A model generated the notes under the pieces. It was not told where the DNA came from and did no database searches. It worked only from the letters and a program-made list of their open reading frames with translations. Below, piece after piece: positions 1-8,118 of a DNA stretch of 10,316 nucleotides; the stretch's first letter is position 1; every line of letters begins with the position of its first letter. Source of the DNA: a bacterium (lineage in GTDB: Bacteria > SAR324 > NAC60-12); contig CBDDTI010000583.1 of assembly GCA_965233585.1 (NCBI GenBank), positions 1-10,316 of the forward strand. The letters run 5' to 3'. The translations under genes and the position numbers were made by a program.

Positions 1-501
1 GAGTTTAGTGAGGCAAATTTAAATTCATACAAAATAATTTTAGATTGGTAGGCATTTATGAATAGGGCTATCACTACTATTATTTTGAACCTTATTGCTT
101 ATACAGTCTGTGCCACAGACAGTGCACAGTTTTGTACACTGCCGGGACTGTATATGAAAGTTTCTAAGATCCTGTGACACAAGATTTCTGGATAGAATAA
201 TCCCATGTAAGAATTCCTTTACCCCTCTAAGAATCCAGTTACCAAATAGTTCTAAATGTGTGGATTATAAGAAGGAGATTTATTATGTTTTGAACGTCAT
301 TGTTTATGCTGCCTGCATCACAGTTGGTCTAAACCTTTCGTACATGTACATATTTTATTTCGGATCTGATTAATAAATATCCCATTGCACATGGGCTATG
401 CTTAATCTGCAGCCCCTTAGTTTATTATTAACTTACAAAATAAAGTCTTAAAGTTGATGAAAATGTGTAAGATTAAAGTCTTTTGGTTTGTTATTTTACA
501 G

Positions 502-600
502 ACATTGTCAGGAGAGGATGTTCCTAGCATTGAATCTCTGGACAGTCAAATCTCTGATGTAGACCCTGAGAGCAAAACATGGGGCAGGAGAATGGTGAAG
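502..600 (+). CDS. KSR: Probable KSR coding exon A (linker upstream of kinase domain): TLSGEDVPSIESLDSQISDVDPESKTWGRRM(VK)
   Basis: Acceptor ttttggtttgttattttacag ends at 501; Ser/acidic open frame in phase 0; two weak phase-0 donors (ATG|gtgaag after 594, AAG|gttact after 600), both compatible with the phase-0 start of the next exon. End ambiguous. Confidence 0.7.
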
Positions 601-1314
601 GTTACTTATAGAATTATGTTACGTAAATTCTGTTTTAGAATCCAGAAATGCTTGATTTTTGATTATGTAACTGTACTGGGGACAGTAGTTTCTCAGTCTG
701 ACAACATTGAGTGGGCCTCCAATTAGTCAGACACCATTATTACCGTACACTGTAAGTGAACATTACGTCTGGTCCTGAAATTAAGGTCTAACACGGATGT
801 ATAGCTTTGTCATGAACGTATTTTCAGCAGATTCCTGGTGGTTTCAGGCCAGGGAGTATCTGATTAAGAGAGCTTTCACTGTACATGTACTTGTACGATG
901 ATAACGTGAATTTGCAGAACCAGCATACATAGATATGTAATTGTGTATGTGTGCGGTAAAAGCTTCATTGTTCATTTACTTATATCCACTACTGTACCCA
1001 CGTGTACCTGACAGGATTGACTTTTTCTTAATAGTAGTTGTGTCTGTGATGTAGTGTTGTCATTGTAGGGAAAATTAACTATATACAGTACATTCTTCTA
1101 TGTGCACCTGTCAAATATGTTCCACTGTCCGTTGTACTTCTTCCTCTTTGTTATGTTGGTTGACTCTTCCTACTACCTGCAGCACTTAATAAACTAAACA
1201 AAGGCTAATGTCCATAAATCATAATTTTTCAAATTTAATTAATACATGCACAATGATTTCTAAATCCATAACGTTAACATAATTTCAGTGTTATCTTGCA
1301 CACTAAACCTAACA

Positions 1315-1411
1315 TGGGCAGAAGTCAGGGGCGCAGCGCAAGACAGAGCTAGTTGGCGAGAGAAAGTTACAGCCTTATGCGCCTCATGGCGTGGAGAGAA
1401 CTAACTAACTA
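1315..1411 (+). mobile_element. 5'-truncated RTE-like non-LTR retrotransposon 3' end with (CTAA)n tail
   Basis: 13-bp direct repeats ACTAAACCTAACA at 1302-1314 and 1412-1424; insert reads WAEVRGAAQDRASWREKVTALCASWRGEN* (TAA 1402-1404), matching the AQDR..WR..V.ALC C-terminus of RTE-clade ORFs; short tandem tail. Confidence 0.85.
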
Positions 1412-2276
1412 ACTAAACCTAACAACTTACACATAGTAATCCTCATAATCACATACTGTAGTCATAGTGCAAACCGTTAAATTTACTCATTTGGATAAAC
1501 TTGTTGAACTAATTGAGAATTTGTGTGCCTTTTTAATGAAAGGTTGGAAAAGCGTACATGCTTTGGGATTTACATGTGAGTGAATCTATACCTTGAACAG
1601 TTTTCAAACTTTTAAAATTATGGTGCCTTGCATCTAATAAAATATGGTAAAATTAGTGTTGTAGGGAAAATTTCAATAAACACAATTTTTTAAAACATGC
1701 TAATCTTAAGTTCAGGAATTGTTATAAAGAGCCTAGATAAAACAGATAAAGGTGGTTAAATGTAGACTAACTTTATTTACACACGAAGTACTCCTTTTTT
1801 GAACTTTTGCTTGTAAAGTGGAAATGAAACTATAAATGCTAACACTGGGATTTAAAGCATAAACAGGAGTGGAACCAAAATGAACAAAAAAGAATAAAAA
1901 ATGGACAGAGATTGATTGATTGATGATTCATTATTCTGAACAAAATCCTCATTGAATGCCTGCTTGTCATTTCTTTCTTCCTTGTACAGTATTTCTTTTA
2001 TGTGCTCTTTCGTTGAAAACTAAATAGCTGTTTGTATCTACATTCAGACCAATCTGTATAAGACCTGCTTGTGTTCTAGAAACTTCGTTAAAAAATGTAC
2101 CCTTCAGGGACCTCTCTGCTCTCTCCTGTATTAAAACTTGAAAACTTCAAACTTTATTACTTTATCACTTCCTCCTTCCCTCTGTCCTTGTTGTAAGTGC
2201 TTGACGAAAGTCTGCAGTGCTCGACACAAGGCTTGCATGGAAAACCAACACTATTATTTGTTTGTTTCTTCTTCAG

Positions 2277-2374
2277 CAAAGAGGCAGCTTGATGTCTGAG
2301 TGGGTGATACCATTTGAAGAACTGGAGATCGCATGGAGTCCTCTAGGCAGTGGCAGATTTGGAAAAGTTTACAG
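2277..2374 (+). CDS. KSR: KSR exon B: QRGSLMSEWVIPFEELEIAWSPLGSGRFGKVY(R); pre-kinase EWxIP motif and Gly-rich loop
   Basis: Acceptor tttgtttcttcttcag ends 2276; EWxIP and GxGxFG motifs of RAF/KSR; donor AG|GCAAGT (phase 2) joins exon C in frame. Confidence 0.9.
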
Positions 2375-3329
2375 GCAAGTCTATTATGTAGTGAGCTGGA
2401 ATGGTTTTTGAGTATTGTAATTATAATTATTGAATGTATAAATTCTTTCAAAGATGGTTAGCTTAAACAGCTAGTGGATTGAGTTACAACATGTATAATT
2501 AACTAAAAGAAATAACATAGAGGAAGAAAATTACTGTTTCAAACAAACTATAACTATGCCGGATGTCTAACTATGGCCGGCAAATGGTCTGGCGAACTAC
2601 TGTACACTGTGCACTGTCCATTGTGAGGAAATACCACCTTTTGCCATACATTATGTATAATTTTGGCAATTCGCTGCAGTGAAGCAATGTTTAGTTTGAA
2701 GACATTACAGCACAAAAGAGGGTGGTACAGGGGTATTCTTGTGATGCATGCATGATTAGCTGATGTTATTTTTCGTGAATTTACGAAATTATTCTTCGTG
2801 ACTCGTGACCTGAAGGTTTTGCGTGATCCGTGAAGAACCTGAGTTTTTAACTGATATTCGTGATTTTACCACTATTCTACGTGATTTTGAGACGCAAGTC
2901 TTCCGAATGGTAAGAATCGTCTATGCGATTTGCAATATGAAGCCTTGACTTAGCCTTTCGCGATTTTGTTATCTTCAAACACTGTTTCTAGTGTAAGAAC
3001 AGGTCATTAAAAAGAGTATCTTACTTGCTTATTTTCGCGATTCGGGGAAACGAAATTTTTACACCCGTGATCTGTGGTCGTCTATATTTTGCGTTCATGA
3101 ACCAGATGAACCGTCCCAGAGGACCCCCCCCCCCCTCCCCTGTACGACCCTCACTAAAAGTAACTCCCTTTAGCATGTTTGTTTTAAGTCTATGTACACA
3201 AACACGTAAGACGCGTTACGTTACGTGATAAATGTATACCTTTCGTGATGCTCTGCAATTCATGATTGTAACATGTTCAAATAGTGTGGATGCTTTCCTG
3301 ACAGTGATGTCTATCGTTTTACTTTGCAG
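2375..3329 (+). other. Non-canonical GC-AG intron (955 nt)
   Basis: AG|GCAAGT matches the donor consensus except +2 C; it restores KVYRGHWHG with no indel. Confidence 0.88.
2718..3152. mobile_element. Non-autonomous TIR element (MITE-like, 435 bp)
   Basis: GAGGGTGGTACAGGGG (2718-2733) and CCCCTGTACGACCCTC (3137-3152) are 15/16 inverted; many internal CGTGA/CGCGA motifs; imperfect flanking duplication ACAAAA / ACTAAAA. Confidence 0.8.
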
Positions 3330-3503
3330 GGGTCACTGGCACGGTGAAGTGGCAGTCAAGATGATCGAGATTGAGAATCCAACAGAAGAACAGCTGAATG
3401 CCTTCAAGTTCCAAGTTGGAACATTTCGAAAGACTCGCCATGAAAATGTGGTGCTATTCATGGGCGCGTGCATGGACCCACCAAAACTCGCTATTATAAC
3501 CAG
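3330..3503 (+). CDS. KSR: KSR exon [58 protein letters not shown](S); beta3, alphaC, dimer interface
   Basis: Acceptor ttttactttgcag ends 3329; donor AG|gtaggc at 3504; WHGEVA and [22 protein letters not shown] are KSR-typical. Confidence 0.95.
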
Positions 3504-3517
3504 GTAGGCTATGACAT

Positions 3518-3598
3518 TCATGTAAGCCTCACTGTGGCATACCTGTTAGCGTGATACGTCATGTAAGCCTCACTGTGGCATACCTGCTAGCATGATAC
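3518..3598. repeat. Tandem duplication, 41-bp period, 2 copies
   Basis: TCATGTAAGCCTCACTGTGGCATACCTG(T/C)TAGC(G/A)TGATAC at 3518 and 3559; 2 mismatches in 40 nt. Confidence 0.95.
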
Positions 3599-4093
3599 CG
3601 TAGCTGCCGTGAAATATCATGAGTGACATTGTACTCTTACAATCCTGGGTTTCCGGACTTTTTTAATTGTATCGAGAAATCTCGCACCAAACATTGTCTT
3701 GGCAATTGCGTAATTTTGTCTTAAAAAAATAGATCAACACTGAAATTTCGCGCCCAATTATTAAGGAGTAATTTTTCACTCATGATATTATCAGCAACAT
3801 GCTTCAACTGTGTTCTAACTTTCGTTTTCCTTGATTGGTTTGCTGGAGTCGTAAAATTATTGAGGTACATGCTACTGTAGTATATCATTCCTCCTTGGGA
3901 ACAGTAATTGCCAACTTATTAAGTGGAGCTTGAGCAGCAGTAAGCGATCGTGTACTTGTTCAGATTTGCTCTTTATCAGTGGCTTGCACTTTGATTCGGG
4001 GACTGGGATCGTAGGAATCTCTATTGCGTGCCTGGTGTCCTTAAACGTCTCTCATATTCTTTTGTTAAAAACATCTTATTTGTGTCTTCATAG

Positions 4094-4193
4094 CATGTGC
4101 CGTGGATTTTCTCTTTACACTCATATACATGTGAGAAAGGATATTAACTTTCTACTGCCCAAAATCGCGCAGATTTGTACTCAGATTTCTCAG
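4094..4193 (+). CDS. KSR: KSR exon D: MCRGFSLYTHIHVRKDINFLLPKIAQICTQISQ; hinge, alphaD-alphaE
   Basis: Acceptor tgtgtcttcatag ends 4093; donor CAG|gtaaga at 4194; phases 2 and 0 match neighbours. Confidence 0.93.
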
Positions 4194-4380
4194 GTAAGAG
4201 AAGCTTTCCTTATTTCCATCCAAGCACCACTTTTATCACGTAACTAACATTTTATTTTAGCTGGGGTGTTACCTGCTTGTCGTGCAACACTTACACTCAG
4301 AATAGTACCCGTGTAACGAACCAGTTGCCCACATAAACTCACTAGATACGTGTAGCGTACCTTCTGTGTCCAAGTTTGAA

Positions 4381-4615
4381 AGCGCATTGGCGTGATTGGT
4401 GACAGGTTAGTCTCAGCGGTTGAACTAAGTCCGGGTCGAGCCCTAACCGGAATCTTTGGGATGTCTCCTGTCTCCACCCAGGTGTATAAATGGGTACCGG
4501 CGAAATAAATGCTGGGGGTAACCCTAGGAAGGACTAGTATCCCATCCAGGGGGGAGTAAGAATACACCTAGTCGCTTCATTCTACTGAAACCGGCTTGTA
4601 TGCAGACTTGACCTT
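4381..4615 (+). mobile_element. tRNA-derived SINE-like element (internally deleted; boundaries approximate)
   Basis: Degenerate Pol III A-box-like TGGCGTGATTGG (~4388) and B-box-like GGGTCGAGCCC (4433-4443); body CTCCACCCAGGTGTATAAATGGGTACC resembles, from memory, the CORE-like body of marine invertebrate SINEs; partial second copy downstream. Confidence 0.7.
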
Positions 4616-4680
4616 CGACATACACTGATTTGTAGCGGCACAATGTTAAGTATACTGAACGTGACATAATTCTAGGATAT

Positions 4681-4735
4681 AGCCCTGCAATGGGCTAGCA
4701 TTCCACCCAGGGGGAAGCAGCAATACTCCTAGGCT
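4681..4735 (+). mobile_element. Diverged fragment of a related SINE
   Basis: CCCTGCAATGGGCTAGCATTCCACCCAGGGGGAAGCAGCAATACTCCTAG aligns with 4522-4571 (CCCTAGGAAGGACTAGTATCCCATCCAGGGGGGAGTAAGAATACACCTAG). Confidence 0.65.
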
Positions 4736-4901
4736 TAAAAATATATTCAGAGATTTGAACCTATAACTGAGCTAATAAAGCCACACATTATCTTCCCGCT
4801 TTAAGAAAAGTATGTTACGTGAGAATTTGCAAAACTCATAGAGTAAACTGAATTCCCTGACGACTTTTGCGCCTGCACGCTGTGTTCATGTGTATCCGCA
4901 G

Positions 4902-5173
4902 GGGATGGGATATCTTCACGCTCGAGGCATCGTACACACTGATCTACGGTCGAAAAATGTATTTCTGGAGTTGAATAATCGCGTGGTGATCACTGATTTT
5001 GGCCTGTTCAGTGTGGCTGGCCTCACCACCAAGTCAGTCAGACCGGGTATGCTGATGATCCCAGAAGGATGGTTGCCGTATTTAGCTCCTGAAATTATTC
5101 GCTCACTGACGACGCAACAAGATGCGCCGGATTCGTCGCAGTTCACCTTTGCAACCGATATGTACGCCTTCGG
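4902..5173 (+). CDS. KSR: KSR exon E: GMGYLHARGIVHTDLRSKNVFLELNNRVVITDFGLFS...GWLPYLAPEIIRSL...DMYAF(G); catalytic loop and activation segment
   Basis: Acceptor tatccgcag ends 4901; donor GG|gtaagt at 5174; VVITDFGLFS, GWLxxLAPEII and a non-RD catalytic loop separate KSR from RAF. Confidence 0.96.
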
Positions 5174-5459
5174 GTAAGTCACAGTCACTTGTCACAGCTG
5201 CGGGTTTAAACACTTCAGCACTTGGGAAGATGTTTATAGTTCTTTACTTATTGAAGTTCAATTACAGCGCTGGGCATTTTGAGGTTTTTTTCCTCGTAGA
5301 AAATTACCTTTCATATGAAGATAACTAAAAATAGTAGTTTACTAAGATAGAAAAACATCAAAGAGATAATAGTAAACCATAAAGGAACAAGGATGGTTAA
5401 GGATGGAGAAGATTAACACGAATTACAAACAACGAACTTGAAAAAATTTAGGCTAAACC

Positions 5460-5596
5460 TTGCCTAGTTTCTAGGCCTCAATATTACGCCTCGGTCATTC
5501 GTTTTGGGTCACGTGGCCCGGGGCGATCGTCTGAGAACGTCACCGAAATCAATTGACCGCGAAGGCCTGGGAGAGAGTCGTACAGGAACTAGGCAA
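5460..5596. mobile_element. 137-bp hairpin MITE with target-site duplication
   Basis: TIRs TTGCCTAGTTTCT / GGAACTAGGCAA; direct repeat GGCTAAACC at 5451-5459 and 5597-5605; inner inverted arms about 19/25 identical. Confidence 0.88.
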
Positions 5597-5611
5597 GGCT
5601 AAACCTTTTAA

Positions 5612-6369
5612 GACACAGTTTTAGCGCGCGCTTTTGCTGATGCAAATTAGCAAGTGCACAAGGATTTCAAAAAACAAACATGCCGTCAACAGAGCGATCA
5701 TTTTATTTACTCAACACCCGCACTATCTGTGTTATTTTTCTCTATAATTGCATGCAGTGTATTGATGGCTTTAATATTTTATTACAACGATATCTTACAA
5801 AAGGTAACGATGCAAAGAACCCAGCATTTTTAGCTTTTGTTTGTTACCGAAAGAACCCAGTTAAATGCAACGCATGCCCAGTTGCTCGAAAAATTGATAC
5901 CGATTGCTTTAGCAGAAACCTGCCGTTTTCTAGCGATCCAGTCGTTAGAATTTCAAGAAATTTGGCAAAAAAAAATAGATCAGAGACCACGTAAATGATC
6001 TATCACGAAAAATCTGAATTTTGACATGGGAATTTTTAATAATACAGGAAACGATTAACGGCGAATTACGGAAATCGCCTATGTCAAAATTTTATTAGAA
6101 CAGTGTTGACAAAAGGGATTTAATGTCAACTCGTAGTGTGCAAAAGATGAAAACAATCTAGCGACTGGATTTTTTTAAAATAAACAAAAACCATTATTTA
6201 AGCCTTGTTTTTAACCAGCCCCTTTGCCATGGCAACAGCATGCACCCTTGTCAAAATGCGAGAATAAATACTTCTGTAATCAATCTTGACTCTTGCAAAA
6301 AATGGGCGCCAAAGCATAAAAGTTTAAAAGTTATGGAGAATTAGCTCCAGAAAACTGTGTTCGGCCACC
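5612..6369. mobile_element. Putative non-autonomous TTAA-flanked DNA transposon (~760 bp; Kolobok-like termini) with damaged left end
   Basis: Right end AAAACTGTGTTCGGCCACC-TTAA (6351-6373); left end TTAA-G-ACACAGTTTT (5608-5622) equals its reverse complement minus 8 nt; internal inverted pair AATTTTGACATGGG / CCTATGTCAAAATT. Confidence 0.6.
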
Positions 6370-6611
6370 TTAAGATATGCAAACGGTGACTAGCTCCTTT
6401 AAACTACTTCGTTCTCCCTTCAGTTTCAAGTTAAGTTAAAAGTGAACTGGAGGGAGGCTATACTTCTTATCCACCTTAGTGAAGATAAAATTGCAATAAA
6501 TCGCAGAACCAGTAGTCACACAATGAACAGCGGACGAATACTGAAATAAACCAATCAGAACAAATGCATGAACATGTAACTGATGGCAAGCACGGGAAAT
6601 GTTTTAAGAGT

Positions 6612-6766
6612 GAAAAAGCGCGGGAAAACAAGTACGGAGTGCCGGAAGTGACCGGCAGGGGAATAAGCGCGGGAAAACAAGTACCGAGTTGCGGAAGTGA
6701 CTGGCGGGGGAAAAAGCGCGGGAAAACAAGAACGGAGTGCCGGAAGTGTTTGGCAGGGGAAAATGC
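6612..6766. repeat. 49-bp tandem repeat, 3 copies plus partial; each has an E2F-like GCGCGGGAAA and an ETS-like CGGAAGTG motif
   Basis: Units start at 6612, 6661 and 6710; consensus GAAAAAGCGCGGGAAAACAAGTACGGAGTGCCGGAAGTGACTGGCAGGG. Confidence 0.92.
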
Positions 6767-6812
6767 AGAAGCAAGTTTGAACTGACATTATCTGCTGTTG
6801 GTTTTTGTTTAG

Positions 6813-6942
6813 GACTGTCTGGTACGAGATGTGTTCTGGCTCATGGCCGTTCAAGAAACAAATTCCTGAAGCAATTATCTGGCAAGTGGGAAAAGGATTG
6901 AAACAATCCCTAGCGAATGTGGATGTTCCTCGGGAGGTCAAG
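6813..6942 (+). CDS. KSR: KSR exon F: TVWYEMCSGSWPFKKQIPEAIIWQVGKGLKQSLANVDVPREVK; alphaF-alphaG (MEK-binding). Not in the ORF track
   Basis: Acceptor gtttttgtttag ends 6812; donor AAG|gtatgt at 6943; 130 nt = 1 nt + 43 codons; WYE...WPF...EAIIWQ is KSR-typical. Confidence 0.95.
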
Positions 6943-7219
6943 GTATGTTTTGACAAACTTTGGTTCTGGTAGTGTAAAGTGACGGAAACAAAACAGTTCA
7001 CATGTATTAACAAAGCTACAGTCATGCATCATTACATGGCACATAATGCGACTGTTTTTCGCGACGTCCTTACAGTGTAACGTTTTTGAAGTACTTAACA
7101 ATCGTTTGGCACAGAACTGGTGAGCCATCGTAAGTTAGTTTTAAACTCAATGTTAGCGATATTCAAGTCTTTTTTATGCAATGGGAGAGCTCGTGTGGTA
7201 CTGTACGAACAGATAGCGT

Positions 7220-7728
7220 AAGGGACGGTTTGGATAGATGGGACAAGTCGCACAGGTTACTTGAAAGGACTTGTTATTGGCACAAGGGACTGTTTGGATA
7301 GATGGTACAAGTCGAACAGGTTACTTGAAAGGACTTATTATTGGCACAAGGGACTGTTTGGATAGATGGTACAAGTCGAACAGGTTACTTGAAAGGACTT
7401 ATTATTGGCACAGGGGACTGTTTGGATAGATGGTACAAGTCGAACAGGTTACATGAAAGGACTTATTATTGGCACAAGGGACTGTTTGGATAGATGGTAC
7501 AAGTCGAACAGGTTACATGAAAGGACTTGTTATTGGCACAAGGGACTGTTTGGATAGATGGTACAAGTCGAACAGGTTACATGAAAGGACTTGTTATTGG
7601 CACAAGGGACTGTTTGGATAGATGGTACAAGTCGAACAGGTTACTTGAAAGGACTTGTTATTGGCACAAGGGACTGTTTGGATAGATGGTACAAGTCGAA
7701 CAGGTTACATGAAAGGACTTGTTATTGG
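7220..7728. repeat. 64-bp minisatellite, ~8 near-identical copies, in the last intron
   Basis: Units at 7220, 7284, 7348, 7412, 7476, 7540, 7604, 7668; consensus AAGGGACTGTTTGGATAGATGGTACAAGTCGAACAGGTTAC(T/A)TGAAAGGACTT(G/A)TTATTGGCAC. Confidence 0.98.
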
Positions 7729-7959
7729 ACTGTCTCTTTCACTGCTGATCCAAGTAGCGTGCAGGACGCGTGCCGCATATCAACATAGTAAATAGCCCAG
7801 TTCAAAAGTCTCAGTGGTTAGCTTGCTCAGCCGGTGTGTTTAAATCCGGCTGGGTACTCAGATGTTTTTCTTTTTCCTCTGATATACACTCGCGGCATGC
7901 TAAATATTTTGTTTCGCCATTTTCCAAAGGTTTCACGAAATTTTCTTTCTTTTTTTCAG

Positions 7960-8118
7960 GATACTTTAACAGTTTGCTGGGCGTTGGAACCAGATGATAG
8001 ACCCACTTTCAGCAATTTACTGAGAACGTTAGAAAGACTACCTAAAATAAGACAACGGTTACACAGAAGTCCCTCTCAGCCTTGTACTGTGGGCAGAGCG
8101 ACTGAGGCGCTTATTTGA
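7960..8118 (+). CDS. KSR: KSR terminal coding exon G: DTLTVCWALEPDDRPTFSNLLRTLERLPKIRQRLHRSPSQPCTVGRATEALI*
   Basis: Strong acceptor ttttctttctttttttcag ends 7959; CW...RPxF subdomain XI; RSxSxP 14-3-3 motif; TGA 8116-8118. Exons B-G total 933 nt (310 aa + stop). Confidence 0.95.
   Translation, partial: DTLTVCWALEPDDRPTFSNLLRTLERLPKIRQRLHRSPSQPCTVGRATEALI

Noticed and set aside
863..1175. Possible ancient MITE remnant
   Set aside because: No convincing TIR or TSD visible.
1910..1929. (ATTG)3 microsatellite
   Set aside because: Too short to be informative.
118..2618. 13-bp inverted match GACAGTGCACAGT (118-130) / ACTGTGCACTGTC (2606-2618) flanking exons A-B
   Set aside because: A match of this length is plausible by chance in 10 kb.
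5680..5994. 104-aa Cys-containing ORF in the TTAA element as a transposase remnant
   Set aside because: No recognisable transposase motif; a tblastn/HMM search would be needed.
6564..6785. 73-aa basic ORF with CxxC
   Set aside because: Arises from the purine-rich 49-bp repeat.
7220..7728. CRISPR array
   Set aside because: Whole 64-bp units repeat with no unique spacers, there are no cas genes, and it lies in a spliceosomal intron.
7591..7788. 65-aa ORF
   Set aside because: By-product of the repeat; 64 is not a multiple of 3.
2277..8118. RAF (BRAF-like) identity
   Set aside because: Lacks HRD, KIGDFGLA and GSILWMAPE; has KSR-type VVITDFGLFS, GWL..LAPEII and EAIIWQ.
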